A stretch of DNA of 62,832 bases, the filler included, from Chrysochromulina tobinii (Eukaryota), in assembly GCA_001275005.1 (NCBI GenBank). It is 5 parts of 5 records of this genome, joined end to end, with 100 filler letters (N's around TTAATTAATTAA, not from the genome) between each part and the next. Parts side by side here need not be neighbours in the genome. Positions count along the whole stretch, not along the records: positions 38,949 to 48,750 come from JWZX01001280.1; positions 48,851 to 60,636 come from JWZX01001284.1; 3 more parts are not named here. The stretch is one strand, 5' to 3'. Below are positions 44,901-56,600 of the stretch, in pieces. The notes under the pieces are model-generated. The model did no database searches and had not been told where the DNA came from. It saw only the letters and a program-made list of their open reading frames with translations. A program made the position numbers and the translations under genes. Each line of letters opens with the position of its first letter. Position 1 is the first letter of the stretch.

Positions 44901-47900
44901 CGCGCGAGTCGACCGCCCCGCTGGGGAGTGACGCACTGACGCCTGTGATGGCCAAGAGTTCCTCGAGAGGAGTTCCAAATTTGGAGTGGTCCTCGAGAGG
45001 AGCAGCGCCGAAGACGGCGATTGCCGACGGAGCAGTGGCTGTGGGGGCGGATGCGGCATCGCCCTTGAGCAGCGTGGCCAGTTGACGGGCAGTTGGATGA
45101 TCAAAGACGACGGTGCTTGGCAGCGACACCCCTCCACCCACCAAAGCTAGCAGCTGGTTGCGCACGTCGATGGCGCCTAGCGAGTCGAGTCCCGCGTCCA
45201 TTAGCGGCGCATCTGCATCCACAGGCGTGCCTGCTGTGCGGCGCACAATGCTGAGCACCTCGTCGAGTGGAGAAGCAAGACCCGGGTGTGACGATAGCGC
45301 CCGGGTCGTCGTCACAACGGCTTGCTCAGCGGCACAGAACGCCGACAGAAAGCGTGGGGATCCGACCGCCAATCCTCGCATTCGACTCCACGTCACTCGC
45401 ATGACCCCGAGGATTGGGTCGGCGGCTGATCGGACTATCACCTCCAGCACAGCCAGACCGAGCGAAAGCCCGATGGACCCCAGGCCGTTGGCCTCCAATG
45501 CGGCGGCTCGCCGCTCGGCGGCGGCACCGCGGGTCGTCATGCCGATCTCGGCCCACGGTCCCCATTGGATGCTCACCGATGCTCGGCCTCGTAAGTGCTG
45601 GCAGATAGCGAGCTCGTCTAGGCAGGCATTCGCCGCGCTGTAGTTGGCCTGACCGGCACCGCCAAGCAACGCAGCCACGGAAGAGAAGAGCGTGCTAGCG
45701 TCGAGAGGCATCCCCAAGCTCGCCAGATGTACGTGCGACGCTCCACACACCTTGGGTGCGAACACGTGCACCATCGAAGCGGCTGTTAGATTGGGCAGCA
45801 TGCCATCCGCAAGCACACCGGCCGTGTGCCAGACGGCCGTCAGGCGTGGGCAGTGTGCGATCAGCTTCCGAACATGCGGGATCGCGGACACGTCGCATGC
45901 CTCCACAAGGACCGTCACAGCGGTCGCTCGGAGGGCTTCTATCTCAGTTATGGCGCTCCTCTCTGTGCTTAGCTTGCCAGCGCGCGAGGCGAGGATGATC
46001 GTCCGAGCACCGCGTTGTGCAAGCCAGCGTCCAGTGAGCAAACCGAGGCCAGCTGTGCCACCGACGACGAGATGATGGCTGGCACTCGATCTGAGCACGC
46101 CAGCTGCGGCCGTCATCCGCACTACGACCTTGCCCGTGTTCATCCCACTCTGGAGCCAGCGGAAAGCAAGATGGTGCTGTCTCTCCAAGTCGAAGCTGCG
46201 CAGGGGCAGGCTGTGGAGCACACATTGATCGGCGCGGCTCGACATCAAGCACAGCAAGCCATGCATCCACGCGGGGCGCTGCACCATTTCGGCATCGAGC
46301 GCGAGCGCATGGTATCGAGTGCTGGCTGCTCCAAAGGGAGGCGTCCAGATGCCCCGCTTCCCAAGCTCCACGAGCGCACCACCTTCCGCCGTGCAAGCAG
46401 AAGAGACGGCAATGAAGTCGGTGGACAGGCTGTTGAGCACAGCATGCGCGCGGCTCGCAGAGAAGGTCCGAAGTCCCATGGTAAAGACCGCTCCACTTCG
46501 TGAACTCCAGATATGGGTTAGCCCGAGGGAACGCAGCTGTGCATGCTTGGACGGCCGTCCAGCAGTGCCAGAGACCTGTGCACCAATCCAGTGTGCGTAG
46601 CCGATAGCGACCAGCCCGACCCCGCCGGCTGCAGCGTGGACCATCACGGCCTGGCCGCCGTGCAATGCGGCGCGCTCAAAGGCAACGTGAGTTGTGGTCC
46701 AGGTGGTTGGCAGCGTGCACGCCTGCTCGGCAGACAAGGCGATTGGCTTCTTGGCAAGGAACGAAACCGCCGCGAGAGCCACGGTGGCGAGGGGCGCATG
46801 AGCGAAGCCTACCACGCGATCCGCAACCTGCAGGTGGGCAGCTGCGCTGATGAGCGTGCCGGCCATGTCACTGCCGGGGACCCCCGGATCTCCGGGATAT
46901 TCACCGAGCACATTCAGCACATCGCGAAAGTTGAGGCCGACTGCTTGCACCCGCACCAGGACTTCGTCGTGCGCTGGCTCGGGCAGGCCACCGAGCGGCT
47001 CCACAAAAAGGTTGCTTACAGCACCTCGCGAGAGCATGTGTAGCCGTATAGGGTAGGACGCCCTGACTTGCGCCTGCCTGAGACGTGGCTCGAGCATGTT
47101 CCCACAGTGGATGGCCACCTCGGGCTCATCATTCCCCAGGGCGTGGCACGCAAGGGATAGAGATGATGTCTCGATACAGTGCACGCGAAGTGCCGCTTCT
47201 GCTCGCACGGCTCGTGCGAGGCCCCACAAGCCAGCGAGAGCAGGAGAAGCTCGCGCGCCGGTCATCTGGGCTCCCATGGTGAGCAGAGAGATGGTGTGCG
47301 GCGGTGCGCTAGCTGGGAAGACGTGCATCAAAGCCAGGGAAAGCTCGTTGAGAGCAATGGCTTCAAGCGTCTGCTGAGCGCGCTCAAGTGCAACGGCAAC
47401 CACCACCACAAACGCGCCCAGACCTGTGCTCGGAAGTGACGCTGTTGACCACGAGAAGAATCGGGCGCGGCTTACAACGAGAAGCTTGGAAAGTGGGGCC
47501 AAGGCGCGCTCCGTAGATTGCACCCATTTCGTTGCGTACAAATGGCGCACAACTGTCGACATCGATCCCTCAACCCGCATCGGTCGAGCTTTGAAGCCAT
47601 CGAGCTGCGCCTGCGCCAGACCGTTCAGATCCGAGCCGAGCCAGATGGACATTGCCTCAGCATCACCGCGCTCCGCAGCCGCCCACATCTGCCCGGCTGC
47701 GTCTGCAAGCTTCGCCTCGTCGACGGCAAATGGCAGCCGAGTCTCACCGCCCCAGCTCGAGCCCGCGGCGACGGCGCACAGGCTCAAGGCGCCGTCCAAG
47801 TCCGCTGGATGCACGCTCACGACCGCTTGTCGTTGACGCGGCTTGAGCCGCGCCGCAGCCATCGCGGGAGCACCGCCCCATATCTGCGACAGCCGGCGGT

Positions 47901-48750
47901 AGCCAGGACCGTATTGCAGGCCCGCGGCATGGAAGCTGTCATACAATGCGCACGCATCGACGCTCAGGGCGCAACGCCCACGCGCCATCGAAGGATCCAC
48001 CACCTTCCGCCTGCTCTCGCTCCAACATGCTCCACCCGAGCAGTGCAGCGTCCCTGCGCGTCCGCTCCCGAGGACGCTACTACGCACCTCAAACTGCCCG
48101 GCGAGCAGCGAGCTCTCGATGCACGTGTCGGACGCCTCCAGAACGAGCTGAGACACGAAGAAGACACCCTGCAGCACTGCCGACGCTGCGCCGCCTGGCG
48201 CCCCAGGTCGAGCACACGCCAGTGCGCGCGCCAGCTCGAGATACGCAGCGCCCGGGAACACGACGCGGCCATGGACTACATGGTCGGCCACGAGCGAATG
48301 CAACACGCCGTCACAATGAGAGCGGTACTGCACCGCGACGGAATCGTCTGCATCCACGAAGCGGTGCTGCAAAAACGGATGCGCTGGCGAACACCAAGAG
48401 AACGCGCGCCGGCGCGTAGCTGCGGCAGACACCATGGCTACATCTCGAATAACGGGCGCGCTTGATGCGCGTAGAACGACATGCGCGATCGTGCCGCTGA
48501 AGCCAAACGAGCTCACCCCGCGCGCGCCTGTGCACGCGCTCCGCACCTCCTGCGTTGGCAGCGCCAGCCGATCGCACAATGAGCCGAGCCGCGCCCTCAC
48601 CAAAGGGTTCAACAGCCGCAGGCGCGCGTTGCCACACGCGCGCTGCACGCGCAACGCCTGCAGCATGCCGTGCAGACCGGAGGCCGCCTCCGAGTGGCCC
48701 ACATTCGCCTTGCCGCCGCCCACCGTCGCCGCGGCCAACCGAACACCGTA
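38949..48750 (-). CDS. Multimodular type I polyketide synthase, internal fragment: [KS end]-DH-ER-KR-ACP-KS-MT-KR-ACP-KS-, no AT domain
   Basis: >3260 aa open at both contig ends; KS DTACS/HGTGT/GH motifs (two complete, one partial); DH HVVHGRVVFPG; ER HAAAGGVG; KR GGTAGLG/GQANY and GGLGGLG/GQSPH; ACP GLDSL and GIDSL; MT LEVGAGTGG and NVLHAT. Confidence 0.95.
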
Positions 48751-48850
48751 NNNNNNNNNNNNNNNNNNNNNNNNNNNNNNNNNNNNNNNNNNNNTTAATT
48801 AATTAANNNNNNNNNNNNNNNNNNNNNNNNNNNNNNNNNNNNNNNNNNNN
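48751..48850. other. Artificial contig linker
   Basis: N44-TTAATTAATTAA-N44. Confidence 0.97.
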
Positions 48851-49310
48851 ACAATGATATAATCAAGATATATGATGATATATCATGATATTTTGTATAG
48901 AAAATTCCCTTTTCTTGTATAGAAAATTCCCCCAATCCGCGCCTTCGGCAGCGCTACATTTCAGATACATCAGCAGGATACACTCAGGAAATCCACTCCA
49001 AAACAGTCCAAAAACATGTATGCGCGTGTGACTCCCGTGACAAACCGCCTCAGGGAACCGCCTAACCGCGGCGCCAAGAGGCAAGAGCGAGAAGGCCGAT
49101 TTCTACAGTTACATGTACGATGTGATGCGTGAATTTCGGTCTGTCGGGTATCCAATACCGTGAGGATCGGTCGGGAATCAAATGCCATGTATGTCCCTAA
49201 AGCAAAAGATCCTATTGTGTGTACCTTCACAGGACACAGTTCACAGAGCTTGAGCGCTCCAAACGAACAACCACAGGACAGAACTGGAAAGCGAGAGAGA
49301 GAGAGAGAGG

Positions 49311-50391
49311 ATGACGCCAAGTCTCGCGACCTGCCGGCTGCTCGTGCCACCGCTCACGTCAAGTGCGTGCAAGGGTCAGGCGGGCAAAATCGGCGTGATA
49401 GGCGGGTGCGTCGAATACGCTGGCGCGCCATTCTATGCAGCGATTTCGGCATTGAAGTTAGGAGCGGATCTGAGCCACGTCTTCTGTGACGAGCAAGCTG
49501 CTGGGCCCATCAAGGGCTACTCGCCGGAGATCATTGTGCACGGGTGTATGCGTGGCGGAGGTACAAAACCAGATGACGCTGAGACGCGACGGCAGGCCGA
49601 TGAAATCTGCAAGTGGTTTCCTGCGCTGAGTGCGCTGGTGGTAGGCCCGGGGCTTGGGCGTGACCCAACGCTGCAGGCGGTCGCAGCACTAGTCGTTGAA
49701 CGGGCCGTCAGTGTGGCAATGCCATGTGTCATCGATGCAGATGGATTGCGCTTGGTGCTCGACCGGCCGGAGATTGTTCGAGGCAGCCCGTGGACTGTGT
49801 TGACCCCAAACAAGCCAGAATACCTTCGCCTGACGGAGGCGCTGCTTACCGAGGACAAGATGCGTATCGAGAGTGTGGACGATGCGCAGGAGTTACTCAA
49901 GCTTGCAAGATTACTCGGCGGCCCAACGATTGTCAGAAAAGGGCCGCGGGACCTGATCAGCGATGGCACCTGCGTCGCTGAGAATGGGGAGCCGGGCAGT
50001 CTCAAGCGCAGTGGTGGTCAGGGCGACGTCCTCGCCGGTACGATTGCCACGCTACTGAGCTGGGCAAAAGCCGCCAGCCCTTGCCTACCATCGGGCTGCC
50101 CACCAGCGCCCGTCCTCGCTGCTTACACGGGATGCTTGCTCACGCGACGATTCAGTGCTGCCGCCTTCAACATGTGCTCACCCAATTCGAACCCGGCCCC
50201 GCGAGCCAAATTCGAGCGTGCTCCCTCCAAACTCACAGCTGCTGAGGGGTGCGTGGCATGGTCGATTCTCTTCCATCCTTCACAGGCATCGGCGAGCGAT
50301 GACGGCACCCGACCTTATTGAGGCGATAGGTCCGGTGTTTGAGGAGTTCTCTCCTGCTACGCCTGGGGAAGAGATCGGAAAAAAGGTTTAA
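49311..50391 (+). CDS. NAXD: ATP-dependent (S)-NAD(P)H-hydrate dehydratase; intron 50174-50285
   Basis: KGQAGKIGVIGGCVEYAGAPF, GPGLGR, VIDADGL, LTPNKPEY, KRSGGQGDVLAG; splicing gives the expected HRRAMTAPDLIEAIG tail. Confidence 0.92.
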
Positions 50392-50654
50392 TAAAAGTTG
50401 GAGCATGGAGGGAGAGCAGGGAGGCACGCAGAGATTTGAGAGATGCAGAGTCGAGATAGGGCTGAAATGAGTGTCTGACATCTTACCAATGGGTCCAATC
50501 ATCTCCAAACGGGATCCCGGGCCACATTTCCCTCAACTTGTGTAGGACCGGGTAATTGACTGAGTGCTTGATTGTGTATGCCCACGTGGCGAGAGGGCCC
50601 AAACAGTTTGATTCGCAGTCGGGGCGCCTTTGTTTCGTCGAAAACGTGAAACAG

Positions 50655-52898
50655 ATGTCGGGACGCGGCGGCCCCCGGCAACACGTTTCACGCAGGGCTC
50701 TCATGGCGGCCTCCGTCGCCTCTGCTCCGAATCTCAGTGCCGCAGCCTCGGGCACGGCGCTGGCCTCCTCGGCCTCGGAACCCGCACTGAAGCAGCTTCG
50801 CCCAGCCGACAGCTCCGCGCCTGCCTCGAGGATGCGTCAGTTGCCGTCACCGACTCCGGATGATGTTAAACAAGGTACTCGACCTGAAGAGTACTACAAG
50901 CTCGTGAGCTCGCTGAGCGACCGTTCGCTGGGCTACCTCGAGCTGCTCTCGGGCAGTAAGTTTACCTACCAGCACATGAGTATTGGCGTCGACCGCCCGT
51001 ACCGCACGCCGCAGCCCGAGATCGAAAAACCTTCACCCGCAGACATGAGGAAGTACATGCAACTCAAGGAAGCCCCATTTCGGACCCATTTTATGGATCG
51101 CCAGAAGGATCGCAAAATTCAGCACATGTTCTCCAGAAGTGATCGCTGGGGGCTCGAGCCCCAAGACTTTGTCCGCGTGGCACCTGGAGACTTTGATCCA
51201 GGCACAGGCTACCGGTCAAGTGGGCCGATGGCAAGACTCCAATCCCGCAGACCGCGTGCAAGTTACGAGTCGGAAAAGCCAAGGCACATCGGACCGGGAA
51301 CGTACAACCCCAAGATCAATGGGTTGCCCTACCTCCTTGGCGAGTACGACGAGAACATACCCAGCGCACTGACGCGCACAGCACGCTTCCCGTCCGAGTC
51401 AGTGCTAAAGGATACACGCGATTACGAGGCTGGCATGCCAGTGATGCCAAGGGCGCCTGGCCACCGATGCATTTCCTGGCCCCCTCCCGACCCGCTCGCC
51501 GAAGAGGGGCGTAGCATCGGAGCACTCGGCGCGTCCAGCTCAACAGATCCGACCGTTGGCCCTGGCACCTACAAGCCCAGGATTGAGGCAGTCTCACGAG
51601 TGAGGCCGAGCGCTCCGGCAGCAGTTATCATCGCGCGGCCCATCGATGCGATGCGAGACGAGGAAGTTCCGGCGCCCAATGCGTACTACATACCTTCGCG
51701 TCCATTGACAACAGTGCCTGCTGGCAAAACATCAATATCAGTCTCATTTGCGGATCGGCCATACCTCCCGCCTTCGCTGACCGCAGAGCAGAAAGCCATA
51801 GTAGCCACTAAGCAGGCGGACACTGATCGCGAGATACACGCGGCACTGACACCGGAGGGCAGGCGACTTCAAAGAGCACAGAGCGCCAGCCGTTTCGAGG
51901 GGCACAAAGCTCGCCTTCAGGGTGCGGCGAAGCGTCGCTTAGAGATCGAGGCTGCTCGCGACGAGGAAATCGAGGCCCTTCGTGCTGCGATCGAGGCTCG
52001 TCCCACAGCAGAGGACCGCAAGGCACAACGCGCTGCTCACATGGAAACGGCTCGACGGCAGTCTGCGTGGATGATGATTCTGAAGCTCTGCGCGGCACAT
52101 CAACATATAGCAACTGCCCTCGAGCGGTCGAGAAACCAGGATAACTTGGACCGCGCAGCTCGCGTCATGTCGACAATCTGGGAAAAGTCTCCTTCGTTCA
52201 GCTCCAAGCAGGAAGAGATACGAGCGGCGCTGTCATCGTCAATCATTTCTCGAGGGATAAAGCGATACATCGCCCGCAATAGGAGGGCAGCTGAGAATGC
52301 TGCGACAACCCCGGCGGCGGATTTGATCAAGGAGTTCCTGATGGACTCTCAACGTGCTGGCCCATTCGTCGCCGTCATGCAAGGAGTAACGTTCCGGATT
52401 CGAAGGCTCCAGGCGCAATGGCGCAGGGCACTCGCGACACGCGAAGCGAGGCTTGCAGTCGCAGTACATCAGTGGGACAGCTTTGACGGGAGAAGGGCAC
52501 GTGCTAGGCACTTTTTCGCCACCCTGCCCGCCAGTGCGATTGCCGCTATCCCGTCTGCGATCAAGCGAGCAAAGCTCAAGGAGTGGCTGCGAAAGGAGAT
52601 GCTTGAGCATCGCAAGCGCTGTAAGGAATATTACGAAAAGCTCCTCCCGCAAGTTCAAGAACACGTGGAGCGTAAGATCGCTGTGGATTCGCTGCGAGCT
52701 GCAAGGAACCTCCTCTCTGGAAGCGCAGATGTCGCAACAGTGTCGGGAGCTGTCCGTGCCGACGGAAAGCCTTCTGAGGGACTCATGAAAGCGATGGTGC
52801 GTGGGGTGGCTGGCGCACCGCCGTACTTTCGGCAGAGCGTACCACTCGAAGATCTCGCTAGACTGATCGAGGAGGCGATCAAAGAACAATGGGAATGA
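50655..52898 (+). CDS. Hypothetical protein with SHIPPO/PGP-type repeats and coiled-coil/IQ-like C-terminus (possibly flagellar)
   Basis: GPGTYNP, VGPGTYKP, PAPNAYY motifs; RIRRLQAQWR is IQ-like. Confidence 0.55.
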   Translation: MSGRGGPRQHVSRRALMAASVASAPNLSAAASGTALASSASEPALKQLRPADSSAPASRMRQLPSPTPDDVKQGTRPEEYYKLVSSLSDRSLGYLELLSGSKFTYQHMSIGVDRPYRTPQPEIEKPSPADMRKYMQLKEAPFRTHFMDRQKDRKIQHMFSRSDRWGLEPQDFVRVAPGDFDPGTGYRSSGPMARLQSRRPRASYESEKPRHIGPGTYNPKINGLPYLLGEYDENIPSALTRTARFPSESVLKDTRDYEAGMPVMPRAPGHRCISWPPPDPLAEEGRSIGALGASSSTDPTVGPGTYKPRIEAVSRVRPSAPAAVIIARPIDAMRDEEVPAPNAYYIPSRPLTTVPAGKTSISVSFADRPYLPPSLTAEQKAIVATKQADTDREIHAALTPEGRRLQRAQSASRFEGHKARLQGAAKRRLEIEAARDEEIEALRAAIEARPTAEDRKAQRAAHMETARRQSAWMMILKLCAAHQHIATALERSRNQDNLDRAARVMSTIWEKSPSFSSKQEEIRAALSSSIISRGIKRYIARNRRAAENAATTPAADLIKEFLMDSQRAGPFVAVMQGVTFRIRRLQAQWRRALATREARLAVAVHQWDSFDGRRARARHFFATLPASAIAAIPSAIKRAKLKEWLRKEMLEHRKRCKEYYEKLLPQVQEHVERKIAVDSLRAARNLLSGSADVATVSGAVRADGKPSEGLMKAMVRGVAGAPPYFRQSVPLEDLARLIEEAIKEQWE

Positions 52899-53658
52899 GG
52901 GGCGCGTGTACAGCCGTACGTGCGACGTGGTTTCGTGCTTCTCGGAAGTGCGCAGCGCAGCGTGTCAGAAATAATTACACAACTGACACACAGACACACA
53001 TTCACATTCATATTCATACACACACATTAACAGCACACGAGTGGCGGCCCCGCGTACGTGTACCGCGCCGCCCGGGCGCCGGGGGCGGGATTTAGAATAT
53101 AGTACGATATAGATAACCGGGGGCGACAAGAACATTGATCAACATGCCAACAACGCTCCGGGTTCGGGATGCGATGACCAACACGGGGGTCGGGGCGAGT
53201 GCGTCAAGCTATTTTTAACAAACTTTCCATCCGCCATGCCATCTGCGGCCCCGTCGTGTTTCAAGGAATTGTAATGGTTTGCGGAACGATCGTCGCATCG
53301 ATTCGTACATATTGTCGATCGATTGCTGATCGAAGCCAGAATGATGTAGGAATGATACCGTACCAATTAGCAATTTCAATTTCCTACAAGCTACATTTCA
53401 ACCAACACATTCCGATTCGACTATCGATTGGTAGTTTATACAAAACGAAGCGAGTGGTAGAACAGCCTCGAGCCTGCGAGGACGGCCTGTGCCTCATAAA
53501 TACCTGACCTGATGGCAGGAATATAAAACACTGTCCGCAGCTTGGCCTCATGAATTCCGAGATGCGGTCAAGTCGCCTAAGCAAGAAGAGAAAACTCCGT
53601 GCGTCCTTAGCCGGTTGGGCTGCAGATTGTTGATGTGTTGGCCATCGGCGAAAGTGCA

Positions 53659-56600
53659 TCAATTCACGAGCTCGAACGTCGCCGCGTCCCGTAGATGTAC
53701 ACCCGTCGCGCAAAGCGGGTGCGTACGTCCACGGCAGATGGGGCACTGACTGCCCGAGTGCTCGACCAGCTTTGCGCACTCGGCGCAACAGCAAGCGTGG
53801 CCGCAGCGGAAGCGCACCTCACGCGGCGCATCGTCGCACACAACGCAGCAGCGCAGCTCGTCCGCGGCCACGGTTGACGCGGAGCCTGCGCCGGCGGTGC
53901 CAAGTCGGCCCTGTGCAAGGGCTTCGCTGCTTTGACTGATTACGCTGGTAATCTGGCGCAGTGCATCGGGCAAGGGCAGCCGGTCTTCACGGAAAAGGGG
54001 CATGCAGAGCGCGTGCGCAATTTGTGCGACCTCAGCCGCGACGGAGCGCGGCCAGAAGCCATCCAACAGGTGCTCCCATGCGGCCACGTCATCAGTGCGG
54101 CGGAGCAGCTCATGGCACCTGTGGAATAGCCCGACAGCCGGCAGCCCAGTGAGACTCATGAGCAGCGTCACACCCAGAGCAAAGCCGTCGGTCGCCTCCG
54201 AGTGCTGCAACCCATTGACAACGAGCGAGTCCACGAAACCTGGGGTGCCGCGCACAGTACTCGTGGACAGGTGGGTGTGCTGAGCGGGCTGGGCTGCCCC
54301 CGTGGCGCTCGCGCCAAGGCGGTCGCGCTCATCTGCCTTGGCAACTCCCACATCTGAGAGCCACGCCGTGAGGGGTGGCATCGAGGATGCATGCGAATCG
54401 TCAGCTGATGCGAGCAGCGAGAGCAGGATGTTGGACGGCTTCACGTCGCGATGAAGAATGCGTGGCTTGGTAACCGTGGGTGTATGCAGGTAGACGAGCG
54501 CATCTGCAACGTCACGCACGACGCTCAGCCGATGTTGCCACGCGAGCGGCGCGGGGCGCTGGAGGCCGAGCAGTCGCAGCCGCTGCGCGCCCGCATCGGA
54601 GGGAACTAGCCGATCCTCGAAGTTGCCGCCCGCGCACAACGGGTAGACGAGGCAAAGTGCAAGCGGATCGAGGCAGAAGCCAACGACTGGCAGAACGTGT
54701 GGGTGGGAGCAGCATGCGAGGAGCTCTACCTCTGCCTGCACGGCCGCCGCCATCTCCGCAGACGCCGAGCCTGCACGTGCCCCCGCCTCGCTCTCGGTGC
54801 CCTCCGCAGCGGCTGCCCTTGCCAAGGCTCGCTTGGGATCGAGCCGCTTGACGGCATACGAGCCAACGCCCATGGACGGCAGCTGCGCCTTCCACACGAC
54901 GCCGAATCCGCCCTGGCCAATGCGCCGCCTGTCAGCAAAGTCAGCGGTGCCTCGGACGATCTCGGAATAGCTTACTTCTGCGGCCTGCCCTGTCGCAAGG
55001 CCGCGGGTAAGCCGTGGAAGCGGTGGCGGGGCGGGCAACGCGGGCTCAGGAGACCATGGCCGAGCTGTGCGTTCGTCGCTGCCCTCGTGGCCACCGCTGC
55101 TGCTGCCACAGCGGGTGCTGTTCGCGCTGCTGCCGGCTAGGATAGCGTTAGCCCCACGCCCACCAACCAGTTGCCATTCGCCACTGGGCCGTGCTGGCTC
55201 GACGACTGCAGCCGAGCGCAGCTCTGCGTCACCAACTGAGGGCAGCTCTGCGTCACCAGCTGAGGGCAGCTCTGCGTCATCAGCCGAGAACGCCGCACGT
55301 GCTGGCTCTGATGCTCGCCCGCCACGCCGCCGCGGCCTGCGTCGGCCGCCAGCTCCTCCATAGGGCTCTGGAGCAGCCTGAGCTTCCACCGATGCTGAGG
55401 GCGCAGCAGCAGCATCAATCACGGCGTGTCGGGCAGCGAGCTCGACGCGTTCTGTGCTTGGCCAGCAGCCGCACAGCTGAAGCAGTGAGATGCAGACGAG
55501 GGCAAGCCCCGCCCCAGCCGCGAGAGCAGCACCGAGCAAAAGCCGACTTGCACGCAAGGCTGCGGCCGCCTGAGACCTCCTCACCTCGTCTTGCGTCTTC
55601 CTTGCAGCTGCTGCCGCCTCGGCCGCCTTGGCTGCTCGCCCATGAGCCGCCCCGACCCGGCGCAGGAAGACGGCCGTGCTTTCCGTCACCCGCTTGCCAT
55701 CTCGCTCGTAGGATACCTTCTCGGGCCACTCTCGCTTCGGTCGCCTGACAAAGAACGCGGTGCTTTCGTTCGCCTTGGCCCGGCCTATCTGGAACTGCAC
55801 GCTCGCAGGCACCACGAAGTCGGCAGGGTGAGCATGTGCCAGCTCGTTCCCTGCACGGGCCGCGAGGAGGTTCATCTCCGCCTCCACCTCTGCTAGGTTC
55901 GCTGCGTCGAAAGCTGTGATCGTGGCCTGTTGGCTGTCTCTCTCGTCCTTGCTGGCATTCTCGTCGGCGGCATCCTCATCCATCGGCAGCGCGGGAGCCC
56001 CTGCCGCAACCGGTGTCTCGCTCGTCGCACCAGCGCTCGAGCAGCTCTCTGCTGCACCGCTGGCCTCGGCTGGCGCACGGCCCGGTTCAGCAGGCTTCGT
56101 AGCTTCGGCAACCCCGTGGGACGTGAAGTAGCTCTTGACCTGCGCCGGGTCCGTTGCCGGCTTGAATGTTGCTGAATGCGCGGCATCCATGGCCGTGGCT
56201 GTTGCAGCGATCTGGCCAGGGCGGGTGCTACTGCCGAGGCTACTGCTGAGGCTGCTGCCGAGGGCGGCGTGCCCGCTGGGGAGCCGCGGCGCCCCTCGGT
56301 ACTCGCCGCAGCCCGTGCAGTCGTACGCGTCGCACTTGTCAGCGTCGAGGAGCTCGGCTTTGGCTGCATCGAAGGATGCTCCGACACGGCGCTTGACCGC
56401 AACGCGCTGCCCAAGATAGCCTGCAAGCGTGAGCGGCTTGCCCAGCACACGGGCGCTGCTGCCGGCGCCGCTGCGCGCGCCGCCGCGCGAGATGGAGACA
56501 GAGGGTTGGCTCCGAGTGCGTTGCAAGCTGCCGTGTGTCGCAACGAGGAGGCGCTCGACCTCAATCGCGTAGCACGCCGCCCGGAAGCGCATCACAAAGC

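Noticed and set aside
53090..53510. AT-richer intergenic tracts with ATCGAT palindromes (also 12700-12780, 26880-27060, 35910-36070) as mobile elements
   Set aside because: No clear terminal repeats or second copy in the window; cannot be supported here
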